Positions 7,747-16,897 of a stretch of DNA of 39,636 nt are shown here, in pieces. Below the pieces are notes generated by a model. It was not told where the DNA came from. It ran no database searches and saw nothing but the letters and a program-made list of their open reading frames with translations. Origin of the DNA: Nitrospinae bacterium RIFCSPLOWO2_12_39_16 (lineage in GTDB: Bacteria > Nitrospinota > Nitrospinia > UBA9942); contig MHDO01000152.1 of assembly GCA_001805005.1 (NCBI GenBank), positions 1 to 39,636 on the forward strand, in the 5' to 3' direction. The number at the start of each line of letters is the position of its first letter. Positions within the stretch are counted from its first letter, which is position 1. The translations under genes were made by a program, and so were the position numbers.

Positions 7747-9445
7747 TAAGACCTCTCATAAAAGATTCATTTATTCTAATCTTTGAAACTGCCCTTAATT
7801 TCATAATATAATCAGACATAAGCTGTTCATACTTTTTTTTACTCAAGGATTCAATAATGCTATCTCTAACAGATTCAAAATCTCTCAATTTCCCTTCCTC
7901 TTTCCCAGTGAGCTTAATAATAATAAAATCTTTTTCAAAATTAAAAGGCCCATATATCTCCCCTACCTCCATCTCATTTAGCCCATCTTTAATATCAGGA
8001 GGCATCATATTAACATATAACCAGCCTGTATCTTCCCCTTTTGAGACAGCTGAAGTATTAGATATATCAGAGGCAGTTATATCAAAATCAGCACCCTTTT
8101 TTAACTCGCCAATAATCCTCTCCGCCTTTTCTTTTTCCTTAATCTTAATTGTGCTCATTCTGATTTTTTCAGGTTCTTTAAAGAGCTTTTTGTTATCATC
8201 ATAATATCTTCTGATTTCCTCATCATCAACTTTAATTGCAGCAGCGATAATTTTATTTTTAAAAAACCTGTTTAAGACAGCCTCCTTTGTAATTAAGAGC
8301 GAATATCTAAAGTCTTCATTTTTCTCATAATTTCTTCTATCAGCTTCCCTGTCAAGAAGCCTCTGGTTAATTATACTGTCTATAACTAATTTTTTTAATC
8401 TATCCATCTCATCTTCATCTCTTCCCAAAGGTGCTGACCTCAAGCGAGCCAGAACTTCATCCCTTTTGATATCTTCCCCTTCTACAGTCGCCGCAATCCC
8501 TTTTCCCCCATCAAATTCCTCATCCCTTTTGATGCTTTTCAGTATATCTTCATTGATGGTAATTTTTGCCGTTTCTATTAATTTTGTCAGGTATTCCCTG
8601 TTTTTTTCTCGTTCTTTCTCACTAAAGATTAACCTCTCTGTTCTTTTTTTCTCCTTGTCGGAAATTGTTTCAGCTGGCACTCTTCTCTCCTCTAATTTGA
8701 TTATATGAAAACCATGCGCTGTATTGATTAACCCGCTTATTTCCCCTTCTTTCATGCCAAAGGCTGCATCCGCTATCTCCTTTGGCAATTCATCTCTCCT
8801 TTTAAAACCCACATCACCGCCTTTTTTCTTTACCCCATCAGAGTCTTCTGATTCCTTCTCTACGAGATTGGTAAAATCAGCTCCTTTTTTTAATTCGCCA
8901 ACAATCTTCTCTCCCTTCTCCCTTTCTTTTGTAAAGAAATGACGCAATCTCACTGATTCGTAAAGGATCATATAACGATTCTTTATTTCTTCATCTGTTA
9001 CCTTGACCTTATCAATAACTTCTTCTTTTTTTAGCATATATAGAGAGAGATTGAGTCTGTAGAGTTTATAATCCCCTGTAAATTCAGGTGTCTTATCAAG
9101 ACCTATCTTAATCGCCTCCTGAACAATCAGCTTATCATCTATCATCTCATTTAGTATTTTGAGATAGTCAACATTCGCTATATCTATATGCATCTTATCC
9201 CCTATATCCTTTATTGTATGAAACCCTTCAAGTCTTTTTTTGAAATCATATTCTGTAATTGTATCATCATTTACTTTTGCAACATACCTATCTCCCTGTA
9301 GCCAGAATGTCCCTCTACTACAACCGCTCAAAAAACAAGAAACAAGAAGCAAAAAAAAAGCTGAAAGCCTTAAACTTTGAGCTTTGAACCTTGAACTGTC
9401 TCTTGCCTTTATGCCCTTGCATCTTGCATCTTGCATCTTGTTCAC
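7727..9445 (-). CDS. SurA/PrsA-like parvulin PPIase chaperone lipoprotein, duplicated architecture (OscH-like)
   Basis: Lipobox LSGC; two VA.V....I SurA-N segments; two rotamase segments (LKKGADF...S.D...KKGGDVG...GEISGLINTAHGFHIIKL; LKKGADF...DTGW...GEIYGPF). Confidence 0.88.
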   Translation of the reverse strand: MNKMQDARCKGIKARDSSRFKAQSLRLSAFFLLLVSCFLSGCSRGTFWLQGDRYVAKVNDDTITEYDFKKRLEGFHTIKDIGDKMHIDIANVDYLKILNEMIDDKLIVQEAIKIGLDKTPEFTGDYKLYRLNLSLYMLKKEEVIDKVKVTDEEIKNRYMILYESVRLRHFFTKEREKGEKIVGELKKGADFTNLVEKESEDSDGVKKKGGDVGFKRRDELPKEIADAAFGMKEGEISGLINTAHGFHIIKLEERRVPAETISDKEKKRTERLIFSEKEREKNREYLTKLIETAKITINEDILKSIKRDEEFDGGKGIAATVEGEDIKRDEVLARLRSAPLGRDEDEMDRLKKLVIDSIINQRLLDREADRRNYEKNEDFRYSLLITKEAVLNRFFKNKIIAAAIKVDDEEIRRYYDDNKKLFKEPEKIRMSTIKIKEKEKAERIIGELKKGADFDITASDISNTSAVSKGEDTGWLYVNMMPPDIKDGLNEMEVGEIYGPFNFEKDFIIIKLTGKEEGKLRDFESVRDSIIESLSKKKYEQLMSDYIMKLRAVSKIRINESFMRGLNARGKK

Positions 9446-10128
9446 TTTATTGTCTCAATTATCTCCGAAACTACTCTTTTTGTAAGGGCGCTTATTGACC
9501 TTACCCGACCAAAGCCAAACACAGTAATATAATCGTCACCACTCTTCTTGTGCCTGACCATCCATAATATCTTCCCGCTTCTGATATCAATTAATTTAAC
9601 GCGGATAACTACTACAGGGGTTGTCAACCTGCCTCCCCAATCTCCACCTGTAAATTCTTCTACAACACCGATGAAAACTGCATCAATTTTTAATCTCATC
9701 CCTAATTTTTTTAACTGTTCCATATCCATCATTTGAACAGATTTTACTTTTTCGCTAATTAGAAACTTTTCTATATTACCCTTCTCCTCTATTTGAAATA
9801 TATCGCTTTTAAATAATATGGTATTAAATGTATTTGTAACAATCTCTCCTGCCTGCCGTTTTTCACTTTCATTTACAAATGGGAGCACCCCAACCCTCTT
9901 TATTTCAAATAGTCCTTTTTCTCTATTAAGATCAGAATAAATTATAACAGAAGAAGAACATCCATGAAATAATAATGGCAATATAAGGATTGCTATCAAA
10001 AACAAAAAACTGATTAATTTACAGATTTTGCCAACACCATTCCTGCCCCTGCTTTTGCAGGGGTAAACTTGTCCCTGCGAAAGCAGAGAGCAGAAATTTA
10101 TTTCCTTATACTGATTTTTGTTTTTCAC
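9442..10128 (-). CDS. CsgG/GNA1162-like lipoprotein (OscG-like)
   Basis: Lipobox FHGC; IKRVGVLPFVN...LGMRLKIDAVFIGVVEEF...VKLIDIRSGKILW. True start may lie downstream of the repeat-derived N-terminus. Confidence 0.75.
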   Translation of the reverse strand: MKNKNQYKEINFCSLLSQGQVYPCKSRGRNGVGKICKLISFLFLIAILILPLLFHGCSSSVIIYSDLNREKGLFEIKRVGVLPFVNESEKRQAGEIVTNTFNTILFKSDIFQIEEKGNIEKFLISEKVKSVQMMDMEQLKKLGMRLKIDAVFIGVVEEFTGGDWGGRLTTPVVVIRVKLIDIRSGKILWMVRHKKSGDDYITVFGFGRVRSISALTKRVVSEIIETIK

Positions 10129-10208
10129 TCCCTTAATAACGGTTGGGTAACTTTAATCCCGAAGTGGAAATTCTTTTTATTAGCAATCAGTGAGTTTTAT
10201 AAAATGTG

Positions 10209-10814
10209 TTAATACTTTCCAAAAAATGTCGCAAATACCTTTTTTACTACTTCGTTGCTTAATTCAATCTCACCTTTTTGCTCAATTCCAAATATTGATC
10301 TCATTAAACTGCTGCCTTTTTGAGAATGAAAACCCCGCCATAATGTCAGCCCGGAATTTGACTCTACCAGTCGAAGAGATAGGGAAACAACGGCATACTG
10401 TGAGCCTCCCCCACGGTTTTGACCGTATGACTCCACTGAACCAATAAAAATCGCCTGTACCCCAAGCTTCTCAGAAATTCTCTTGATGCCCTCAATGTCC
10501 AATGCAACAAGTTCTCCCTCTCTGAACCCCATTTCCCTAAAAACATCAACTACCACCTTATTAACTTCTCCATCTTCCGCCACTTCAAAAACACCGCTTT
10601 CAAGTATATTCATTACAATCATACTCTTAAGTTTCTCGCCAGCATACTTGTCATCCGTCAGATTATTAAGAGGAAGCACTGCAACCTTTTTAATATACTG
10701 AAAGTTTACATTAGTCCTGATATATTGTTTCGGAGATGTACCGCATCCACTATGAACAACTAAAAATCCAAATAAGGGAATCAATAAAATATATTTTATA
10801 TACCATTTCTTAAT
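10209..10814 (-). CDS. CsgG/GNA1162-like lipoprotein (OscF-like)
   Basis: HSGC lipobox; KKVAVLPLNN...LGVQAIFIGSVESYG...LRLVESNSGLTLW. ORF track start is 10784 (TTG); an in-frame ATT at 10814 behind a GGGGTG RBS restores a basic n-region. Confidence 0.75.
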   Translation of the reverse strand: MKKWYIKYILLIPLFGFLVVHSGCGTSPKQYIRTNVNFQYIKKVAVLPLNNLTDDKYAGEKLKSMIVMNILESGVFEVAEDGEVNKVVVDVFREMGFREGELVALDIEGIKRISEKLGVQAIFIGSVESYGQNRGGGSQYAVVSLSLRLVESNSGLTLWRGFHSQKGSSLMRSIFGIEQKGEIELSNEVVKKVFATFFGKY

Positions 10815-10919
10815 TTCAACATCACCCCTTTCTTCATCAATTTTATTAAATAAATTGTATTAATGTATCACTTTTTTATAATTTATTGAAATATTTTCTA
10901 CCGTTTTTCTTGAATTTCT

Positions 10920-12983
10920 TCATCTGCGGATTAATAAAGCTATACTATATAAATTACTGCGGTCTCCTGTGCTGTTGTGAGTCAAAGTCGTAGTATAGCT
11001 TGAAGAAATATACAGATATCTGCTTATATTCCAGTAAATACTGCCTCCCATTGTCTCTGCGCCTGTTTGTGAAACATTGTAATTAATATTCATTTGCAAA
11101 CTGCCCGGCAGCCGTGTATTTATAGAGTAATTCTGCTTCGTCTCAGGAAGATGCTGAATATTGGCAGACAAATTTACAAACCGTGATGGAGTTATATTTA
11201 CCGTTGATGTTAGAGCTTCAGATTGAGAACTGCTCGTTTCTCTCCCGGTATCAGATGTGGAAGATGAAAATGCGCCATTAATGAGGATGTTTATGCTATT
11301 TTTCGGTATTAAGGTTAAATTTCCGTTAACTGAATTAGTTGCCGTTTTTGTTCCACTGATAAGGTCATCTGTTTTGCTTGATGTAAAACCTGTTCCAAGG
11401 TCAATACCAGAATACAATCTAAAGAACATATTTATATTTTCAGAAGTTGTTTCCGAAGTTTTATCATCCCCCGAAAGGGATTCAAAACGGCCAAGGGCAA
11501 TTGATCCATTTATAGTTTCCATTGGGTTTGTGCTTAATGAAAATGTATAATTATTTGAACCGATACTTTTGCTTGATGTTGATTCAGTTTTCTGACTTTG
11601 ATAGTTTAGAAAAAATGAGGCATATTTAGACATTGCATAGGACAATACTATCCCCTGATTGATATTCGTATCTTTGCGGTCAATAGGAGACTGTTTTGAT
11701 TCATCATAATTTATATTGTATGAAATACCCGTCTTCTCCGTTGGTCTTAGGCTCAGATTCATCCCGCCATATTGTCTATCAGTAATTGTCTCAACTGTAA
11801 CGCTGGTCTTTTTAGAGATTGACCCTATCGCCTCTATCTCCGTAACACTTATCTTCTGGGCTGAAGAATCATAAGTTGTATTTACCGCCTTAAAAAAGAG
11901 TGCATTTATAGGCACTGAAAAAACCAGTTTAAATCGTTTATTAACCTCATCATAGGAACTGTCCGATACAGTTGCAAAGCTCCAGATAAGCCCTGAGAGG
12001 TCATTACTATAATAAATATTCCATCCGAAATTCATATTTGCTATATTGCTATCCAATGTATCTATATATATATAAATAGTGTTTATTGTATCTGTATTTT
12101 TTAATTTCAAACCTATATTTCTATAAGAACCGTTTAAGTCAATTCCTGTATCCGAAGATTTATTATCATCAATTAAAGATGGGTAATCGGACAACTGCCC
12201 GTCGCCAGGCAAGGTATCTATCGCATAAAGCCCATTGCTTGCATCTTTTTTATCAGGAAAGGTCTGAGGCACACCAGATAAACTTATACTTGTAGAGGTT
12301 GAGTTTGTTACACCAACATTTGTGCTAATATTCAACCTGTTATCAAAAAAGGAGTTATTATAACTGACGGTCCCCAGATGTGTCGGGTTCTCTTGTTTTA
12401 TCTGTGAGACAAAATCATTCAATGTTGAACTGCTATAATTATACAACAAATTAAGACGTTTGATTGTGTAATCTGTGCTGGCACTCATATATGACTGTCT
12501 TGAATTAACAAGAGAAAATCTGTCTTTTGATTGCAATTCATTATAATTAAATCTCAATGAGGGAAAACCAGCAGGGGCTGTTGAGAAAATGGCATTTTTT
12601 GAGGTAGTATTTATACTGTTACCTGTTGCAAGAAAACGATCATTTACCTGATACCCAATATTTGAATTAAAATATTTATTATTCATATCCAAAAATAAAG
12701 AGGGGGCAATTGTGCTGTTTTCAGTTGAATCCACCTTGTTCTGAGATGCTCTTATATCCCCAGACAACCCCATTGTCCCTGTAATTTTTTTATTAAAAAC
12801 AAATGAATAAACCTGAGATAAAGTCGACTTGGTGGTCATCTTTCCTGCAAATTCATTCTCGCTCATTGTATAAATTACATCTCCATTCAAAGATAGACCA
12901 TCTGCAAAACTTCTATTTAAGGAACCTATCAAATATAAAATCGTTATTCCTGTTATAGTACCAACTCTTTTTATTATTCTCAC
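10920..12983 (-). CDS. Large outer-membrane beta-barrel with inserted beta-sandwich domain (OscE-like)
   Basis: Signal peptide (SFA/D); S/T/N/Y-rich alternating beta-strands at both ends; central non-barrel segment; no CxxCH. Confidence 0.7.
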   Translation of the reverse strand: MRIIKRVGTITGITILYLIGSLNRSFADGLSLNGDVIYTMSENEFAGKMTTKSTLSQVYSFVFNKKITGTMGLSGDIRASQNKVDSTENSTIAPSLFLDMNNKYFNSNIGYQVNDRFLATGNSINTTSKNAIFSTAPAGFPSLRFNYNELQSKDRFSLVNSRQSYMSASTDYTIKRLNLLYNYSSSTLNDFVSQIKQENPTHLGTVSYNNSFFDNRLNISTNVGVTNSTSTSISLSGVPQTFPDKKDASNGLYAIDTLPGDGQLSDYPSLIDDNKSSDTGIDLNGSYRNIGLKLKNTDTINTIYIYIDTLDSNIANMNFGWNIYYSNDLSGLIWSFATVSDSSYDEVNKRFKLVFSVPINALFFKAVNTTYDSSAQKISVTEIEAIGSISKKTSVTVETITDRQYGGMNLSLRPTEKTGISYNINYDESKQSPIDRKDTNINQGIVLSYAMSKYASFFLNYQSQKTESTSSKSIGSNNYTFSLSTNPMETINGSIALGRFESLSGDDKTSETTSENINMFFRLYSGIDLGTGFTSSKTDDLISGTKTATNSVNGNLTLIPKNSINILINGAFSSSTSDTGRETSSSQSEALTSTVNITPSRFVNLSANIQHLPETKQNYSINTRLPGSLQMNINYNVSQTGAETMGGSIYWNISRYLYISSSYTTTLTHNSTGDRSNLYSIALLIRR

Positions 12984-13072
12984 TCAACCTATCCTGCCTC
13001 TCCTCATGAACAAAAACCTGAAAGTGCCACAGAGATACAGAACTCTGTGCCTAATTTAAATATGCCGAAATA

Positions 13073-14566
13073 TTATTTTACTGAAACAATTCCATAAGGC
13101 TTTTTCCCTACTATAATTATCTTTTCTACAACTTCGGAGACAGGATTTATAAGTATCACCCTGTTGGAACTATAATCAGTGATATAAAGATGGTTTCTTC
13201 CTTCATCAATTGCTAGTCCTATCGGCTTACTTCCGGCATTTATGCTTCTCGTAATGACTGCAGACGACGGAATTAAAAAAGAAACCTGTCCAACACCATA
13301 ATTTGAAAGATAAATTCTGTTGTATTTTTCAGAATAAATTCCCTTTCGCGGATTAATACCTGCCTGTATTCTCCCCTTAATAGTTTTTGTAACGGTATCT
13401 ATAATTGTAATACTATCTGATTCGGCATTCAGGACATAAATGTTATTTCTTACAACTACAACATCTACAGGTGTTCTGTCAACATTTATGGTAGCCTTTA
13501 CTTCATCTGTTATAGAATCAATAACTGAAATGGAGTTTGACCCGCTGTTGGCTACATATACTTCCTGCCTTTCTGGATTGGCGGATACTCCAAGCGGAGC
13601 ATTGCCAACCCTTACACTCTTTATCTGAGATTTCATAAATGTATCTATAGCAGTAACATCATTAGACCCCCGATTCGTAATATATAGTTTTCCATGATTT
13701 CTCCTGTCGCTGTATGGAATCATAGCCATTTCAACAGGTTCAATTCCTGAACTAAATTGTATCCTGTCCCGGACAAAGTCCTGCGATGTATCAATAATTG
13801 ATATGCTATTTGACCTGGAATTTAAAACATACAACCTCTCTTGTTCCTGGCTTAAAACAAGACTTGTAGGATTCTTTTCTACACCTATTACACCAACTAC
13901 TCTATTTTCAAACCTATCAACAACCGATACATAATTTGAACCGCTGTTTGCAACATATAAAAGCAGTGTCTTTGGAGAAACTCTTTGAGATTCAATAGTT
14001 ATTGAAGGGCTAAAAAGATAGTTATTTGAGACAGATTTATCAGGTTCCCATGTTAAAAATATAGCCCTACTCTCACTGCTTCCTATACTTATAATATCCC
14101 CTTTGAGTTCTACCTCTCCATTCGGTTGAGGCAGTGCCAGTGTATGAAATTTTTCATTTCTCCTTACACTGGCATTGGAGATACGTATCATAACCCTGTC
14201 ATACTCTCCTTCCATTATATTTGATTCAGTTAACAGAACCTGATCCTTTGCTATATCAAGGGACCTTATTACAAATGGTTTTTCTGATAATTTAATCCAT
14301 CCCCCATCCCTTTGTTTGATTTCAATCTTCTCAATTGTAAAATTTATATCCTGCTGGTTAGAATTTGGAAGATAAAGGTAAAAAACCAATGTCCCCTCTG
14401 ACACCTCTTCTCTTTCAATCTTCATCCCTGTACAAGAGATAAGGATAAGAAGTAAGAAGCAAAAAACCAGAGGACAGAGGACAGAAGACAGAAGACAGAC
14501 TTCTGACTTCTGTCTTCTGACTTCTAACTTCTGGCTTCTGACTTCTAACTTCTGGCTTCTATTCAT
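13073..14566 (-). CDS. YVTN/YncE beta-propeller lipoprotein with N-terminal beta domain (OscD-like)
   Basis: Lipobox LISC; about seven repeats such as LYVANSGSNYVSVVD, LYVLNSRSNSISIID, LYITNRGSNDVTAID, VYVANSGSNSISVID. Confidence 0.87.
   Translation of the reverse strand: MNRSQKLEVRSQKLEVRRQKSEVCLLSSVLCPLVFCFLLLILISCTGMKIEREEVSEGTLVFYLYLPNSNQQDINFTIEKIEIKQRDGGWIKLSEKPFVIRSLDIAKDQVLLTESNIMEGEYDRVMIRISNASVRRNEKFHTLALPQPNGEVELKGDIISIGSSESRAIFLTWEPDKSVSNNYLFSPSITIESQRVSPKTLLLYVANSGSNYVSVVDRFENRVVGVIGVEKNPTSLVLSQEQERLYVLNSRSNSISIIDTSQDFVRDRIQFSSGIEPVEMAMIPYSDRRNHGKLYITNRGSNDVTAIDTFMKSQIKSVRVGNAPLGVSANPERQEVYVANSGSNSISVIDSITDEVKATINVDRTPVDVVVVRNNIYVLNAESDSITIIDTVTKTIKGRIQAGINPRKGIYSEKYNRIYLSNYGVGQVSFLIPSSAVITRSINAGSKPIGLAIDEGRNHLYITDYSSNRVILINPVSEVVEKIIIVGKKPYGIVSVK
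14452..14566. repeat. Inverted heptamer repeat (CAGAAGT / TCTTCTG) forming a signal peptide
   Basis: Plus strand (ACAGARG)n then (ACTTCTR)n up to the start codon at 14566. Confidence 0.88.
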
Positions 14567-15227
14567 TTTTTATTTCTTTCACCTTATCCTTTTGTAACCG
14601 CTCCATATGACACCTGTAGCATTCCCTTAAAGGAAAGGCTATTTTACCATGACACCTGCCGCAATACTCTCCACTTAAAATTTTCCACATGGTCATCTCA
14701 GGATTACCACCCTTCTTTTGAACAAAAATACCCGGATGACAAATTTTACAACTTAACCAATATGTATGAATACTGTGAGGAAAGATGACATCCGTCATAA
14801 ATTCATTCTTAGCCTTGATTGATATAAGAAGGTCAATGGGATCATCATCTTCTTGCAAACCATCAATTGATGAAAGCGGAGAAATTATACCACTCCTCAC
14901 AGCCCCTGCCCAGTCAATTAAATCGTATTTGTCCCTTGGTAGAAGTGTAAGAGGAATAGCCCTTTGCTGGAGGAGAGATTGTGCTGTCACCTCATTCGCA
15001 GTTTTATACTTATATTCGTAAAACTGCTCTATGTAGCTATTTAAGGAGTTAGAGGAAGGGTTATCCTGATTTTCAACTGCATAAGATGGTGATATTAAAA
15101 AACAGATACTTAATTTACCACAGAGGACACAGAGAAAGAGGAAAGAACAAAGACCCGACCTTAGCCGCGAAGGACACAAAGGTAAAAATAATTTTAGGGT
15201 TTTTAATCTCTGTGCTCTCCGTGCCAT
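14559..15227 (-). CDS. Triheme c7-type cytochrome with N-terminal extension
   Basis: FPHSIH..CKICH...CGRCH...CYRCH; LPRDKYDLIDW extension shared with 22434-23183. Confidence 0.88.
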   Translation of the reverse strand: MARRAQRLKTLKLFLPLCPSRLRSGLCSFLFLCVLCGKLSICFLISPSYAVENQDNPSSNSLNSYIEQFYEYKYKTANEVTAQSLLQQRAIPLTLLPRDKYDLIDWAGAVRSGIISPLSSIDGLQEDDDPIDLLISIKAKNEFMTDVIFPHSIHTYWLSCKICHPGIFVQKKGGNPEMTMWKILSGEYCGRCHGKIAFPLRECYRCHMERLQKDKVKEIKNE

Positions 15228-15306
15228 TTGTGTTTAAATTTTCTATACAAGAGCAAAAAATTGATTTTATCGCAGATAACTTTGATTTAAACAGATTTTC
15301 ACCAAT

Positions 15307-16887
15307 CTAAAAATCGCTCTCCCCCCATCCAAATTGTAATTTTTCATTTCTCTTTGCAAACTTTTCCTTTTCTTTCTTTGAGAAAGCAATTGTCTGGTTT
15401 GAGGTTTTAAATATGTTTCCTGCTTTATCCACAGCCTTAAAAGCATACATTATCTTTCCACCACCTGCTGTCACTTCTCTGTTTTCAGATATTAAAGGTA
15501 TAATTAGCTTTTTAGCTACATTCCCTCTTCCGCTTAAATTCTTTATAATTTTTGAGTCCTCGCCCAATATTACAAATTCCCACTTCTCCATCATTTCATT
15601 TTCTTCGTAGTCAAGGTTAAAAATTACCACATCATTATCATCAGTTGCTTCAGCCTCTATTTTTACTGCCGGTGGTGTTGCATCCAGTATTATCTTCTTT
15701 TGAAAAACCCCTGCATTTCCTGCAGTATCCCATACCGTAAGGTTAAGATAATATATTCCATCATCATTTCTACTTCCTGCATTATTCTCACCTCTCCACA
15801 TAAGCTGCATAGGTAATGCACCAAATCCCCTCTCTCCTCTCACAAATTTATTTTCTTTATCCACTATTTCAACTTCCCACTTTTCTATAACCTCATTTGT
15901 TTTAAGGGTAAATATAATTGAATCCTTTTTTACAAGCCCGGCAGTAACATCTTTGTCTGTTGAAACTGTTACTTCTGGCGATACTGTATCAACCTTTACC
16001 TCCCCTACTGAAGGAAAATGAGAAATCTTATCATCAGACAGCACAGCAATAATATCTACAGGATATAAGCCATCTGCATAGGGAACGGTAATCTCGCCAT
16101 CATAATAATCACCATCTCCATCCTTCAAATCAAATTTCATTTCACCTATATAAGCCTGAACCTTCACTATTTTTTCTACAACAGATATAATTTTGACTGA
16201 TACCTTTGCAGACTTCCCCCCTCTGACAATTGCGGGAGAAATCTTTAAGCTCCCTATCTCAAAAAGATTATCATCTCTATTTTTCAAGAGATATTCCCTT
16301 GGTATCCCACCCACAATATTGCTAACAGCTACCGATCCAAGCTGAACAATCAATTTCACTCTACCAATACCAAGCAAGCCGGCAAAATCGCTTCCAGCAT
16401 AGGAAACGGTGTCCATCCATATTATTGAACAATCCCTTGTCCCAACAAGGCGAAGAGTTAATCCTACATATATTTCATTACTAACATTGGAATACTGGTC
16501 AATTGAACCTAAAACCACCGCATCAACTCCAAGCTCACGATTTAACTCAAGCGTTGTTATTCTGTCAATAAAACTCGTATTCCTAATTCTTCTCTTGGTC
16601 AAAAATTTATCCACATCTTCATATGGAACCAATTCAAACCCTCTTTTTTCAAGTTCTTTCTGAAGCAATGAATCTATAATTGCACGAGCATCTAAATTTC
16701 CAGAAATGTTTGCCATAGGAAGGACCACAATCCTATCTATTTTATGAACATCCTTTCCCACTTCTGCCTGAACAGCGGATGCAAAAAACAGTAAGCAGTA
16801 GGCAGTAAGCAGTAGGCAGTAAGCAGTAAACAAGAGATAAGTGGTCTTGCTTCTGGCTTCTGGCTTCTGACTTCTATCTTTTATCAT
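15307..16887 (-). CDS. CsgG/GNA1162-like domain fused to Ig-like (FlgD/Big-type) repeats
   Basis: RIVVLPMAN...ELGVDAVVLGSIDQY...LRLVGT N-domain, then VDTVSPEV, LMWRGEN..G....DGIY.L.LTVWDTAGN, LDATPP, AVDKAGN Ig-like motifs. Confidence 0.72.
   Translation of the reverse strand: MIKDRSQKPEARSKTTYLLFTAYCLLLTAYCLLFFASAVQAEVGKDVHKIDRIVVLPMANISGNLDARAIIDSLLQKELEKRGFELVPYEDVDKFLTKRRIRNTSFIDRITTLELNRELGVDAVVLGSIDQYSNVSNEIYVGLTLRLVGTRDCSIIWMDTVSYAGSDFAGLLGIGRVKLIVQLGSVAVSNIVGGIPREYLLKNRDDNLFEIGSLKISPAIVRGGKSAKVSVKIISVVEKIVKVQAYIGEMKFDLKDGDGDYYDGEITVPYADGLYPVDIIAVLSDDKISHFPSVGEVKVDTVSPEVTVSTDKDVTAGLVKKDSIIFTLKTNEVIEKWEVEIVDKENKFVRGERGFGALPMQLMWRGENNAGSRNDDGIYYLNLTVWDTAGNAGVFQKKIILDATPPAVKIEAEATDDNDVVIFNLDYEENEMMEKWEFVILGEDSKIIKNLSGRGNVAKKLIIPLISENREVTAGGGKIMYAFKAVDKAGNIFKTSNQTIAFSKKEKEKFAKRNEKLQFGWGESDF
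16788..16887. repeat. Heptamer repeats (GCAGTAR and GCTTCTG) forming a signal peptide
   Basis: cagtaag cagtagg cagtaag cagtagg cagtaag cagtaaa ... gcttctg gcttctg gcttctg acttcta. Confidence 0.88.
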
Positions 16888-16897
16888 CTCGTCTCTC

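Noticed and set aside
7455-7811. Plus-strand ORFs with QEARS/LASCF repeats
   Set aside because: Products of the palindromic heptamer repeat read on the opposite strand.
5722-12983. MtrAB/PioAB porin-cytochrome call
   Set aside because: No decaheme MtrA-type gene adjacent to the barrel; gene order and partners fit an OmcS-companion arrangement better.
13026-13068. sigma54 promoter upstream of the beta-barrel gene
   Set aside because: GGCA half-sites lack a correctly spaced GC; better explained as a CACAGAG/CTCTGTG repeat relic.
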